From NCBI RefSeq assembly GCF_006345805.1, contig NC_043019.1, positions 11,469,360-11,533,359 on the forward strand: a stretch of DNA of 64,000 nucleotides, in the 5' to 3' direction. This document shows positions 39,535-52,925 of the stretch, piece after piece. Source of the stretch: Octopus sinensis. Lineage: Eukaryota. The notes beneath the pieces were generated by a model. The model was not told the DNA's origin. It saw only the letters and a list, made by a program, of their open reading frames with translations, and searched no databases. Both the position numbers and the translations under genes were made by a program. Numbering within the stretch: the stretch's first letter is position 1; each line of letters begins with the position of its first letter.

Positions 39535-40525
39535 CTGAATAAATAAATAATAAAAATAAATAATAATAAAATGATAATAAAAATAAATAATAAATAATAA
39601 TAAAAATAATAAATAATAATAATAAAATAATAATAATAATAAATAATAAATAATAATAAAAATAATAAATAATAAACAATAATAATAATAAATAATAATA
39701 ATAAATAATAAAATAATAATAAATAATAAACAATAATAAAAATAAATAATAATAAAATAATAATAAAAATAAATAATAAATAATAATAAAAATAATAGAT
39801 AATAATAAAATAATAATAAAAATAAATAATAATAAATAATAATAAAAATAATAATAAATGATAAAAATAAATAATAAAATAATAATAATAATAAATAATA
39901 AACAATAATAAAAATAATAAATAATAAAAATAAATAATTATAAAAATAAATTAAAAAATACTAATGATAATGATTTCAAATTTTGGCACTGGGTCAAAAA
40001 CATTAAGGGTAAGTCAAAAACAACCACTTCTGTACTCAACTAGTGCTTATTTTACCAACTAAGGAGTGTTAATACTTACCACACAGCCAGGAGTGGCTGT
40101 GTGGTAAGTAGCTTGCTTACCAACCACATGGTTCCGGGTTCAGTCCCACTGCATGGCACCTTGGGCAAGTGTCTTCTACTTATAGCCTCAGGCTGACCAA
40201 AGCCTTGTGAGTGGATCTGGTGGGCAGAAACTGAAAGAAGCCTGTCGTATATATGTATATATATATATATATATAGCTGAAATTTATGTATATGCATATG
40301 TATGTGTATCTATGTGTTTGTGCCTGTGTTTGTCCCCCAACAATCACTTGACAACCAATGTTTACGTCCCCGTAACTTAGGGAAAAGATCTTTGTTGTCA
40401 GCAATGATAGTAGCTTCCTGATGACACAGATCCATATTTCAGTGGTTTCAAACAGTCATCAAGATTTTTTTTTTTGGAGCAGGAGGTATTTTGAGTAAAA
40501 AATTGATGTTCTTTTTCTTACTTAC

Positions 40526-40600
40526 CTCTGGTATCATCATCTCATACATTACTAGCCAGGAGGATTTAGCATTCGCCTCACCCACCTCTGTGGTCTCTTC
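40526..40600 (-). CDS. Membrane protein gene exon
   Basis: tatatttttag|GAA...GAG|GTAAGT; EETTEVGEANAKSSWLVMYEMMIPE; 75 nt, phase 0-0. Confidence 0.82.
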
Positions 40601-40685
40601 CTAAAAATATATACACATATTGCCATAAATAAATTAATAATGATGATGATGGCGATGATGATGATGATGATGATGGTGATGGTGG

Positions 40686-40740
<55 letters not shown>

Positions 40741-41301
40741 GATGATGATGATGATGGTGATGATGATGGTGATGATGATGGTGATGATGATGGTGATGAT
40801 GATGATGATGGTGATGATGATGGTGATGATGATGGTGATGATGATGATGAGGGTGGTGATGATGATGGTGATGATGATGATGATGATGATGATGGTGATG
40901 ATGATGGTGATGGTGGTGGTGGTTGTGGTGGTGGTGGTGGTGGTGGTGGTGGCAATAATAATGATAATGGTTTCAAATTTGGCACAGGGGCTGCCATTTT
41001 AGGGGATTGGACGACCCCAGTGTTTCACTGGTACTTGATTTATTGACCCCGAAAAAAAATGAAAGGCAAAGTCGACCTCGGCGGAATTTGAACTCAGAAC
41101 ATAACGGCAGACGAAATACGGCTGCGCATTTCGCCCGGCGTGCTAACGTTTCTGCCAGCTCACCGATGATGATGATGATAATGGTGGTGGTGGTGGTGGT
41201 GGAAATGATGATAATGGTGGTATTGATAATCGTGATACTGGTTATGATGCTTGTGGTGATGATGATAATGATGGCGATGGCAGTGCTAATGATCATGATG
41301 A

Positions 41302-41780
41302 ACATACAGCATCTCGAAAGAGTCCAGAAGCTGGCTACCTGCATGGTTCATGGTCTCAAAAATTTGTCTTATGAAGAAAGGCTGAGGACGCTCGACCGTT
41401 ATTCTCTAGAAAAACGCCGCCGCCGTGGTGATCTCATTCTCGCTCACAACTTCATAAGCGGAAAGTGTAACCTCTCAAAAGAGCTGTTCTTCACTCCTGC
41501 TCCAGAGCGTCGGCTGCGGGGTCATTCCGAAAAGCCTCTACCTGCGATGATTTCATCTCAATCGAAGGAGAGGAGCTTTCTCCGTCCGGGTTGCGGATCT
41601 GTGGAACAAGCTGCTGGACGAGATAATGAAGATGCCGACGACCGCTTTGTTCAAAGCCTCCCTGGACCTCAAGTGGCCTGAACTCTTTACATGAACACCA
41701 TCCTGTACTTAACTCCATGTCCCCCTACATGGCCTTGCTATTTGCTTTTGAGCCAAAAATTAACTAACTAACTAACTAAC
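41302..41780 (+). mobile_element. CR1-clade LINE 3' fragment
   Basis: IQHLERVQKLAT...LSYEERLRTL..YSLEKRRRRGDLI...LRGHS, followed by a (TAAC)n tail. Confidence 0.85.
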
Positions 41781-41830
41781 ATAATAAAAAACACAAAACA
41801 AATAAACAAATCAATAAACTGCTTAATTAC

Positions 41831-41920
41831 CGAAGCAAAATAATATCTCCATATAGATTCTTCACCCGCAACGTCACCAGTAGCCGTCCATACATCACAA
41901 TTAATTCCTCGAGCATCTCT
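41831..41920 (-). CDS. Membrane protein gene exon (repeat 2)
   Basis: aaatatttcag|AGA...TCG|GTAATT; RDARGINCDVWTATGDVAGEESIWRYYFAS; 90 nt, phase 0-0. Confidence 0.9.
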
Positions 41921-42764
41921 CTGAAATATTTCAAATAAAAAAAAAAAAGAACAAAAAAAATCAATATGAAAAAAAAAAACATACAAATCATTATGGTTGC
42001 TCAACTTGTTAGAAACAGCAGCCAAATCACCTTCAAATCACATCATATTCTCTCATAATAAAAAAGGAAAGAAAACATTTGATAATGCCATTCGAAAGAT
42101 AGTCCTCCCCCCATTCCCCCTCCCCTAAAATGTCGGGATGGTCATGATAGGATGGAATGCCTTTCTGATCATGTGTTGGCTCTGTCAAGTTTGAAGATCT
42201 GAGGTTGGGGTTGGGGTTGGGTAAATGACAACAACAATAGTTTCAAATTTTGGCACAAGGCCAGCAACAAAAATAATAATCCTTTCTACAAAAGGAACAA
42301 GGCTTGAAATTTTTGGAGAAGGGACTACTCAATTTCATCAACCCCAAAAAGATGAAAGAGAAAGTTGGCCTCGGTGGAATTTGAACTCAGATCATCAAGG
42401 CAGACAAAATAATGGTAAGTATTCCGCCTGCCGTGCTAACAATTCTGCCAGCTTGCTGCCTTGCAGCAGCAGCAGCAGCAACAGCAACAACAACAACAAT
42501 GCTTTCTACTATAAGTACAAGGCCTGAAATTTTGAGGAAGGGGAATAGGTTATTACATCAACCCCAGTACTCAACTGGTACTTATTTTATCGATCCCTGA
42601 AGGATGGAAGGCAAAGTCGACCTCAGCAGAGTTTGAACTCAGAACACAGAGTCGGAATAAATGCTGCTAAGCATTTTGTCCAGTGTGCCAGCAATTCTGC
42701 CAGCTCGTGGCCCTAAAAATAATGACAACAACAATGATGACGACGACAACAATGACGACAATGG

Positions 42765-42797
<33 letters not shown>

Positions 42798-43235
42798 GGA
42801 GGAGGAGGAGGAGGAGGAGGAGGAGAAGGATGCTTATGATGGTATATAACAGGCTTCTTTCAGTTTCTGTGTACCAAATCAACCCACAAAGCTTTTGCCA
42901 GCCTAATTCTACAGTAGGAGATACTTGTCCAGAGTGTCGCACAATGGGATTGAACCTGTAACCATGTGGTTGGGAAGCAAAGTAAAAAGAAAAAATGTAG
43001 TTTGTATTTTGTTTCTGCTTTTCGGGGTGGGAGCAAAATTTCAATAGAAATGGATTGTTCTGATGATGATGATGATGATGATGGTAGTGGTGGTGGTGGT
43101 GGTGGTTGTGCCTAGAGTAGAAAAGAATACATGGAGCAGCTCGTGTGTTGAGGAAAGTGTTGCATCTTCTAAGCTGCGGAATGGAGCTGTGATGTAACAG
43201 AAACAAACCAGGAGAAGAGAGGATAACAACAACAT

Positions 43236-44120
43236 GTGATTGCTGTGGCAGATGTTATTGAGGTGACAGATATGATTGATGTGATCGCTGTGACAGATGT
43301 TACTGAAGTGACAGATGTGACTGGTGTGACAAATGTTATTGGGGTGACAGATGTGATTGATGTGACAAATGTTATTGAGGTGACAGATATGATTGATGTG
43401 ATCACTGTGACAGATGTCACTGAAGTGACAGATGTGACTGGTGTGACAAATGTTATTGGGGTGACAGATGTGATCGCTGTGACAGATATTACTGAAGTGA
43501 CAGATGTGACAAAAGTTATTGGGGTGACAGATGTGATTGATGTGATCACTGTGACAGAGGTTACTGAAGTGACAGATGTGACAAATGTTATTGGGATGAC
43601 AGATGTGATTGATGTGATCGCTGTGACAGATGTTACTGAAGTGACAAATGTGACTGGTTTGACAAATGTTATTGGTGTGACTGATGTGATTGCTGTGACA
43701 GATATGATTGATGTGATCACTGTGACAGATGTCACTGAAGTGACAGATGTGACTGGTGTGACAAATGTTATTGGGGTGACAGATGTTATTGATGTGATCG
43801 CTGTGACAGATGTTACTGAAGTGACAGATGTGACAAAAGTTATTGGGGTGACAGATGTGATTGATGTGATCACTGTGACAGAGGTTACTGAAGTGACAGA
43901 TGTGACAAATGTTATTGGGATGACAGATGTGATTGATGTGATCGCTGTGACAGATGTTACTGAAGTGACAGATGTGACTGGTGTGACAAATGTTATTGGG
44001 GTGACTGATGTGATTGCTGTGACAGATGTTACTGAAGTGACAGATGTGACAGAGGTTATTGGGGTGACAGATGTGATTGATGTGACAGACATGATTGGTG
44101 TGGCAGATGTGGTTGGATAG
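43236..44120. repeat. 9-bp-based minisatellite (gtgacagat variants) with higher-order repeats
   Basis: Direct inspection; stop-free in at least three reading frames. Confidence 0.92.
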
Positions 44121-44135
44121 TAATTTATTCCTCAC

Positions 44136-44302
44136 CTTTCCTTCATACATAAAATCTGTTGAATTAAAAACATAGAAGTAACGCGAATTAACCATCTTCA
44201 CTGTCTTGATGCCATTAACGGAGCTGATGTGGACATCAGGTTCAGCTTCGGTCATTATATGCATGGCACATTCTCCAGATGAATCTATTTTGTAGCCAAC
44301 AC
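44136..44302 (-). CDS. Membrane protein gene exon (repeat 2)
   Basis: cttcaccactgccag|GT...AAG|GTGAGG; (G)VGYKIDSSGEC...YFYVFNSTDFMYEGK; 167 nt, phase 1 to 0. Confidence 0.9.
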
Positions 44303-44370
44303 CTGGCAGTGGTGAAGAAAGAGAGAAAGAAAGAGACTATGTGTGAGAGATAGTGTAGGTGAGTGTGAGA

Positions 44371-44404
<34 letters not shown>

Positions 44405-44972
44405 AAGAGAGAGAGAGAAAGAAAGAGAAAGAGAGAGAGAGAGAGAAAGGGAGAGACTATGTGTGAGAGATAGTGTAGGTGAGTGTGAAGGAGAGAAATA
44501 GTGGGTAGTGAAAGAGTGATTGTGGTGAGAGGGTGAAAGAAAGAGAGAAAGTGTGTGTGTGTGTAAGTGTGTGTGTGAGAGAGAGAGAGAGAAAGAGAGA
44601 GAGAGAAAGAGAGAGAGAGAGAAAGAAAGAGAGAGAGAAAGAGAGAGAGAGAAAGAAAGAAAGAGAGAGAGAAATAGAGAGAGAGAAAGAAAGAAAGAGA
44701 GAGAGAAAGAGAGAGACTATGTGTGAGAGATAGTGTAGGTGAGTGTGAAGGAGAGAAATAGTGGGTAGTGAAAGAGTGATTGCGGTGAGAGGGTGAAAGA
44801 AAGAGAGAAAGTGTGTGTGTGTGTGTGTGAGAGAGAGACAGAGAGAGAGAGGTGAGTGAATGGAGGGGTTCAGAGTGGTGAAACTGGATGAGAAAAAATA
44901 TGGGCGAGTATCAGAGACAGAAAAAGGTAAGAGAAAGAGGGGATTGAATGAGAGGGTAGGAAGGATAAACAG

Positions 44973-45011
<39 letters not shown>

Positions 45012-45050
45012 ATACATGCATGCATACATACACATGCAAACATTCTAGAC

Positions 45051-45420
45051 CTGTGGTTCTCAACCATTTTTTGCCTCAGGACCCCTTTGATTACTACTTT
45101 ATTCTGGTGGACCCCTAACACCACAAAAACCAATTTTACAGAAACTTCTTTCAAAACCCCTATTTTTTCTTTTCACACGTTAACTTGTATAAGTTGAAGT
45201 ATGTAAAACATTAGAGAAAGAAACCTGGCTGGGGTTATTATTTTCTTTGGGGGGGGGGGGATAAATCCATCCAAAATAACATTTTTTTTCATGGACCCTT
45301 AAAATACTACTGTAGATCCCCAATTTACTATTTTGCTTGCAGAGACTTCCAAAAGTCTTACATGGGCCCCACCCACCCGTCCACCCCCGGGGTCATATTG
45401 ATTCTGGTTGGGAACCACTA
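45051..45420. mobile_element. hAT (Charlie-like) MITE
   Basis: ctgtggttctcaacc...ggttgggaaccacta; flanks ttctagac/ctctggac resemble an NTCTAGAN 8-bp TSD. A related element lies at 5818-6064. Confidence 0.55.
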
Positions 45421-45923
45421 CTCTGGACCTACATTAAGGGACAGCTCATTCACATACAAAAACACACACATATACATGCACACATTTATACATACATCAA
45501 CATACGCAGGAGTGGCTGTGTGGTAAATAGCTTGTTTACCAGCCACATGGTTCTGGGTTCAGTCCCACTGCGTGGCACCTTGGGCAAGTGTCTTCTACTA
45601 TAGTCTCGGGCCGACCAAAGCCTTGTGAGTGGATTTGGTTGACGGAAACTGAAAGAAGCCCGTCGTATATATGTATATATATATATATATGCATGTGCGT
45701 GTGTTTTTCCCCCTAGCATTGCTTGACAACCGATGCTGGTGTGTTTACGTCCCCGTCACTTAGTGGTTCGGCAAAAGAGACCGATAGAATAAGTACTGGG
45801 CTTACAAAAGAATAAGTCCCGGGGTCGAGTTGCTCGATTAAAGGCGGTGCTCCAGCACGGCCGCAGTCAAATGACTGAAACAAGTAAAACAGTAAGAGAG
45901 AGAGTATACTTCCATGCACACAT

Positions 45924-45981
<58 letters not shown>

Positions 45982-46018
45982 AGAGTCAAACAGACGTTTA
46001 TAAAAAGATGGCCCTTAC

Positions 46019-46109
46019 CTGTATGGAAGTCCTGTACCTCAGTTATTGTCTTGCCAGATGGTGTGTGGAATTCAAATTTAACTCTCTTGGTTTTATAGTC
46101 ATACAATTC
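46019..46109 (-). CDS. Membrane protein gene exon (repeat 2)
   Basis: ttttcccttacag|GAA...ACAG|GTAAGG; ELYDYKTKRVKFEFHTPSGKTITEVQDFHT; 91 nt, phase 0 to 1. Confidence 0.9.
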
Positions 46110-46574
46110 CTGTAAGGGAAAATCTTAATAGATATGAATTCAGAAGTGGCTGTGTGGTAAGTAGCTTGCTTACCAACCACATGGTACCGGGTTCAGTCCC
46201 ACTGCGTGGCATCTTGGGCGAGTGTCTTCTGCTATAGCCCCGGCCCGACCAATGCCTTGTGAGTGGATTTGGTAGACGGAAACTGAAAGAAGCCTGTCGT
46301 ATATGTGTATATATATATATATATATATGTGTGTTTGTGTTTGTCCCCCTAGCATTGCTTGACAACCGATGCTGGCGTGTTTACATCCCCGTCACTTAGC
46401 GGTTTGGCAAAAGAGACCAATAGAATAAGTACTGGGCTTACAAAGAATAAGTCCTGGGGGTCGATTTGCTTGACTAAAGGCGGTGCTCCAGCATGGCCGC
46501 AGTCAAATGACTGAAACAAATAAAAGAGTAAAAGAGAGTATACTCTGGCAGTAATAAACATTAACAAGTACTGT

Positions 46575-47390
46575 GTGTACAGACATATGTGTGAGTGTTG
46601 TGCTGGTATGGTCATGTGGTAAGAATGGATGAGGATAGCTGTGTGAAAAAGTGCCACACCCTAGCAGTTGAGGGAACCTGTGGTAGACCCAGGAAGACCT
46701 GGGATGAGGTGGTGAAGCACGACCTTCAAACATTAGGCCTCACCAAGGCAATGACTAGTGACCGAGACCTTTGGAAATATGCTGTGCTTGAGAAGACCCG
46801 GCAAGCCAAGTGAGGCCATAACCTCGTGGCCTATGCCAGGGGTGTAACCAGCCCACTTATGCGTACCTTTCCTTCGTTGGACACTAAACTCTGCTTGCGA
46901 AGACCTGTTGAGGCAAGTAAAATCGAAATCAAAATCAAATTTGATGACTGGCATTCGTGCTAGTGAGCGCTAAGAGCACCATCCGAGCATGACCATTGCC
47001 AGAGCAGCTGACTGTCTTCCATGCCAGTGGCATGTAAAAAGCACCATTCGAGCATGATCGTTACCAGCGTCGCCTTACTGGCACATGAAAAAACATTTGA
47101 GCGAGGTCGTTGCCAGTGCCGCTGGACTGGCTCCTGTGCAGGTGACATGTAAAAAACACCATTTGAGCGTGGCCATTGCCAGTACCACCTGACTGGCCCT
47201 CGTGCCGGTGGCACGTAAAAGCACCCACTACATTCTTGGAGTGGTTGGTGTTAGGAAGGGCATCCATCAGTAGAAACTCTGCCAGATCAAGATTGGAGCC
47301 TGGTGCAGCCATCTGATTCGCCAGTCCTCAGTCATTTGTCCAACCCATGCTAGCATGGAAAGCGGATGTTAAACGATGATGATGAGGATG
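46575..47390 (+). mobile_element. RTE-clade LINE 3' end (ORF2 C-terminus, 3' UTR with internal repeats, (GAT)n tail)
   Basis: WYGHVVRMDEDSCVKKC...GRPRKTWDEVVKHDL...DRDLW runs into the UTR that also occurs alone at about 4366, 7525, 17109, 20355, 27285, 32215, 36460, 53600 and 55705. Confidence 0.85.
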
Positions 47391-47524
47391 AGAGAGAATA
47401 CTAAAGCACCAGGACCTAGCCATTGAGTTACAGAGGTTATGGAAAGTGCAGGTAAAATGTATCCCTGTAGTTATGGGTGTATTAGGAATTATCCCTAAAG
47501 ATTTGAATAGATGGATAGAAGAAA

Positions 47525-47915
47525 TCTCTATGTATAAAGCTGAAGTTGTTTGTGTATGGCAGGTTTGGTAGCCTTCAACTAACACTATCTCCTCTGAGAC
47601 CATGCAGTGCAAGTTGACCAAAATTGAGAGTATGATAGAAGAAGGCTTGCTCTTCCTTCTATAGAAGAAAAAATTCAAATCAGACCATGTTAACACCAAA
47701 AATTATTTACATCAAAAAGGTGCTTTTTTTCTATGAAAATCCCTATTTTTTATGATTTTTTTTACTCCTGTGTCGCCACTTTTCGGTGTATTTCAACCAG
47801 AAAAATGTTCACTTAAAGAGAATAACAAGCTACATAACGCAAAATTTTTATTTTTCAAAAATTCCAATTCTAAAGGGTCGAAACAAACCAGAGCAACGCC
47901 GGGCGATACTGCTAG
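47525..47915 (+). mobile_element. Non-autonomous Helitron-like element
   Basis: Same family as 4836-5226; ends gcaacgccgggcgatactgCTAG|T. Confidence 0.68.
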
Positions 47916-48063
47916 TAAGTATAAAAGCCAGCTTAGTGCAACTCCGGAAAACAGTGTAATTAGGTGCAGCTAGGATACTTAGGAAGGTTCTTGGCACGTA
48001 AGTTTACTTGTTGCTTGATACTAGGAATTTTTTCCAACAGTCTAATCTGTTGTGCATAAATGA

Positions 48064-48100
<37 letters not shown>

Positions 48101-48274
48101 TGTTTTCTAACACAGGCATAATGCTAAAAGGAATAAATATTGATTTTTTGAAATGTTTCAGTTTTTTTATTGTCTTTATAATTATTTTTCCTTTATGTTC
48201 TTTTTCATTTATTGACTGCTTGTCTGCTTGCCTGTCGGTCTGTCTGTCTACAGACAGACAGACATAATTACATG

Positions 48275-48310
<36 letters not shown>

Positions 48311-50037
48311 CAGACATATTATCTTCACTCCCCACCCTTACACAACACCACTCCTCTCTTCAATGTCAAAGAAATGCAAAACATCATTGATTGCCCATCA
48401 AAATTACTACCGCCGCCACCACTGCTGCTACTACTACTACTAATAATAATAATCATCATCATCATCATCATCATCATCATTTAGCGTCTGTTTTCCCTGC
48501 TAATACTAATAATGATGATGATGATGATGATAATAATAATGCTACTACTACAATCACCATCACTGCTGCTACTGCTACAACTGCTGCTGCTACTACAGCT
48601 GCTGCTGCTACTACTACTACTACTGCTGCTGCTACTACTACTACTACTACTACTACTGCTGCTGCTACTACTACTGCTGCTGCTACTACTACTACTACTA
48701 CTACTTAGTTCTTTACTACCCACAAGAGGCTAAACACAGAGGGGACAAACAAGGACAGACAAACGGATTAAGTCGATTACATCGACCCCAGTACGTAACT
48801 GGTACTTTATTGCCACAACTTTTACAATTATCACTATCCTTACCACCCTCATATCACTAAGGAGCAGCTAGGTGATTGCTCAACCTGCTAGAAGCAGCAG
48901 TGAAATCACACCTTACCATATTCAGAAACAGAAGGACATTCTGCATAGTGTGATCATAGAAATTCTGCATGTAAAAGACAAATTTTTTTTTTAAATGACT
49001 CGGGGTTAAAGTGCAGCATAATCACAAATGATTTGAGGGACTTTTGACCCAGAAAGATGAGGGACAAAATGATGAGAAAAGATCTTCAGATGCTGGGCCT
49101 CACAGAGCAGATGACAGAGGACTGATACTTTTGGCAGTTTGCTGTGCTTGGGAAGATACATCAAGCTAAGTAAATACATGGTCATCCTTGCATACAGGCT
49201 GTGGGCTCATGGGTGTGGTGCCACATAAAAAGCACCTGTTTCAGTGCTGCATCAAAGAACCCCGTACACTCTCTATAGTGGTTGGCATTAGGAAGGGCAT
49301 CCAACCATAAAAGCCATGTCAAGGCAGACATGGAGCCCGAGCAGCTCTCCAGCTGGCCAGATCCTGCCAAACTGTCCAACCCATGCCAGCAATTGAAAAC
49401 GGTTGTTAAATGATAATGATGAATATGGTGATGATGATAACTTAAATGAGTGTTGATTATGGCCCGTCAGAAAATGACCATCGGTTTCACACCTCTGAGT
49501 TTCTTAGCAGTACAGGACTCATCAAACTCAAATTACTGAGCAGTAATATTTTGTTTTGGGGTATTTTGTTTACAACACCAGCTGACCAAGACTCTTTCCT
49601 ACCTCCAGTTTGTCAAGTTACCTATACTGCTAAGGACCCTATAGGATGGGAAACCAATGGTCACTCTCTCACTGGCCGCAACCAACAAATTTTTAAGTAT
49701 TACTGCTCTAATGTTTTAGAATGTGCATATTTTCAGATTTAAGAACATCTGACTGATATCATTGCTTCAAATTGCTGGACCAGGCAATGAAAGTCACAGG
49801 AATAACTATTGATCATGTTGCCAGTTTAGCCAATAAAAACACATTATTTTTTACATTAATCTTAATCTTATAGGCGCAGGAGTGGCTGTGTGGTAAGTAG
49901 CTTGCTTACCAACCACATGGTTCTGGGTTCAGTCAAACTGCGTGGCACCTTGGACAAGTGTCTTCTGCTATAGCCTCGGGCCGACCAATGCCTTGTGAGT
50001 GGATTTGGTAGACGGAAACTGAAAGAAGCTTGTCCTA

Positions 50038-50078
<41 letters not shown>

Positions 50079-51589
50079 TATATATATGTATGTATGTGTG
50101 TGTATATGTTTGTGTGTCTGTGATTGTCCCCCTAGCATTGCTTGACAACCGATGCTGGTGTGTTTACGTCCCCGTCACTTAGCGGTTCGGCAAAAGAGAC
50201 CGATAAAATAAGTACTGGGCTTACAAAGAATAAGTCCCGGGGTTGATTTGCTCGACTAAAGGCGGTGCTCCAGCATGGCCGCAGTCAAATGACTGAAACA
50301 AGTAAAAGAGTAAAGAGTAAGAGTATATAACATACACGACAGGCTTCCTACAGTTTTCATTTATCATATCCACTTAGAAGGCTTTTGTTGGCCTGGGGTA
50401 TAGTAGAAGACACTTGCCCAAGGTGCAGGGCTGTGGGACTGAACTCAAGACCACATAGCTGGGAAGCAAGCTCTTTAGCTACACCCCCACCACCATCTGC
50501 TGTCATCACTACTGCCACCACCGTCACCACCACCACCACAACAACAACAAAAACTACAAAAACCTACTACTGCTGCTACTGCTTTTGTTGCTTTGAAGAA
50601 TCCTAGGACATTTCTCCACCACCACCTACCACCCATTCTGCTGCTGCCGCTGCTGCCGCTGCTGCTGATGCCGCCACCACCACAGACTAAATTAATTGTT
50701 CTTTTTTCATTTCCTGAATATTCCATCCAACATGATCAAAGACAAAGACGATAGCAGCTTGCAGTCTTCAAACATGACCGATTCCTAGTTCAGAATGACA
50801 CTCTGAGACTAACAGTAGCCAGTAAGTCTTACCACCCACGCACACATATCGAGGGAGCCTCTACATCAATGCTTTTTTTCTTGTTCTTTTCAACCTTGGA
50901 TCCATGAATCCCTAGGGAGCTCTCTGAGCTGTGATCAAAATTTATGGAACGCTGCAAGTGTAAAAAACAGTAACTTTCAGTTGTATTTGAGATTCTTCAA
51001 ACTAGCAACAACAGCAGTAACTGATGTTGGTGGTGGTGGCCGTGGTGGTGGTGTTGGTAATATTATTGCAATATTAAGGTGGTGAGCTGGCAGAAACGTT
51101 AGCACGCCGGGCGAAATGCTTAGCAGTATTTCGTCTGCCGCTATGTTCTGGGTTCAAATTCCGCCGAGGTCGACTTTGCCTTTCATCCTTTCGGGGTCGA
51201 TAAATTAAGTACCAGTTACGCACTGGGGGTCGATGTAATCGACTTAATCCGTTTGTCTGTCCTTGTTTGTCCTCTCTGTGTTTAGCCCCTTGTGGGTAGT
51301 AAAGAAATAAGTATTTTGTCTGAGTTCAAATTCCACCAAGGTTGACTTTGCCTTTCATACTTTAGAGATCAATAAATTAAGTACCAGTTGTGTACTGGGG
51401 TTAATCTAATCGAAAGAATATTGTTGCAATCTGGCACTGTTAAAACACACTGTTACACTGTTCTTACTTCCCAATGAGTTCATTCTCAATGCCTGGCACC
51501 TTGAGCAAGATTTTTCTACTATAGCCTCAGGCCAACCAAAGCCTTGTGAGTTGATTTGGTAGATGGAAACTGAAAGAAGCCTGTTGTAA

Positions 51590-51637
<48 letters not shown>

Positions 51638-51659
51638 GCATACATATATATCTATATAT

Positions 51660-52760
51660 ATATATCATCACCATCATCATCATCATCGTTTAACGTCTGG
51701 GGGCACTGGCATCAACTATATTCAGATGGTGCATTTTACGTGCCACTGGCACAGATGCCAGTCGGGGGCACTGGCCACAACTACAATTTTGGTTTTATTT
51801 GATTAACAGGACTTCTCAAGCACATATCGCCCAACGCATCAAGAATACTTTTAAAAGGGCTGGACATGCAACACTGGCATTGCCCATAGCTGCGATCTCA
51901 CTTTAGTTGCCAGGTCTTCTCAATCACAGCATATCTCCAACATTCAAAGATCATGCTTCACTACCTCATCCTATGTCTTCCTGGGTCTACTTCTTCCACA
52001 GTTAGGGTGTGGCACTTCTTCACACAGCTGACCTCATCCATACATAACACATGAACATACCAGCACAGTCGTCTCTCTTGCACATCACATTTGATGCTTC
52101 TTATGTCCAACTTTTCTCTCAGGGCGCTTACACTGTCATGTATGCACATTGACATTACACATCCAGCAGATCATACTAGCTTCATTTCTTTCAAGCCTAT
52201 GCATGTCCTCAGCAATCATGGCTCATGTTTCACTGCTGTGTAGCATAGCAGTTCGCACACATGCATTACACAGTCTACCTTTCATCCTGAGCATGAGGCC
52301 CTTAGCTGCCAGCAGAGGTAGGAGCTCCATGAACTTTGCCCAGGCTATTCTTATTCTAGCCACAACACTTTCAGAACAACCACCCCCACTACAGACTTGG
52401 TCACCTAGATAGAAGAAGTCATCAACTACTTCTAGTTTCTCCCAGTGGCATCTGATGTAATCTGTTTTCTGTACACCTTTAGTGTTTATTGCCCCTGTGC
52501 ATCTGCCACACACGAAAACTATCTTCTCGGTTAACCTTTCTTTGATATTGCTGCACCTTTTACGTGTCCACAGCTTACACTGGGTACATCGTATGGAGTT
52601 TCTACCCATGCCTTTTCTACAGATCAAGAAGGGCCATCTACCTGAGGGGGCTTGTAATTTGTCAGCCTTCCTACTTACTAAGAATTTGGCTTTTCTATGA
52701 AGAGACATCACTGACACAAGGAGGAGAAAGTAGGAGGAACAATGGAAAAAGAAGAACAAA
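51660..52760 (-). mobile_element. RTE-clade LINE fragment
   Basis: CRKGMGRNSIRCTQCKLW...LEVVDDFFYLGD...RIRIAWAKF...ML(H)SSET; (GAT)n tail at about 51665. Confidence 0.85.
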
Positions 52761-52808
52761 GTGGTGGAGGAGGGAGATTATTATTATTATTATTATTATT
52801 ATACTTAC

Positions 52809-52925
52809 ATCAAAATATGTTGTTTCGCGTGACTGTCTGATTATCAGTTCAGTCTTGAGTTTAAAGAAATCTGGAAGTATAGGAATGCTTGTGCCATTTC
52901 TCTGGCATGCAACTCCGGGTGGCGG
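52809..52925 (-). CDS. Membrane protein gene exon (linker, repeat 2 start)
   Basis: attcatttttcag|CCG...GAT|GTAAGT; PPPGVACQRNGTSIPILPDFFKLKTELIIRQSRETTYFD; 117 nt, phase 0-0. Confidence 0.9.

Noticed and set aside
43115-43190. Extra exon after the 9-bp minisatellite
   Set aside because: The phase-0 reading hits a stop within six codons; exons 44136 and 41920 join without it.
49446-49742. 98-aa plus-strand ORF
   Set aside because: Starts within repeat-derived sequence, no recognisable domain or splice support.
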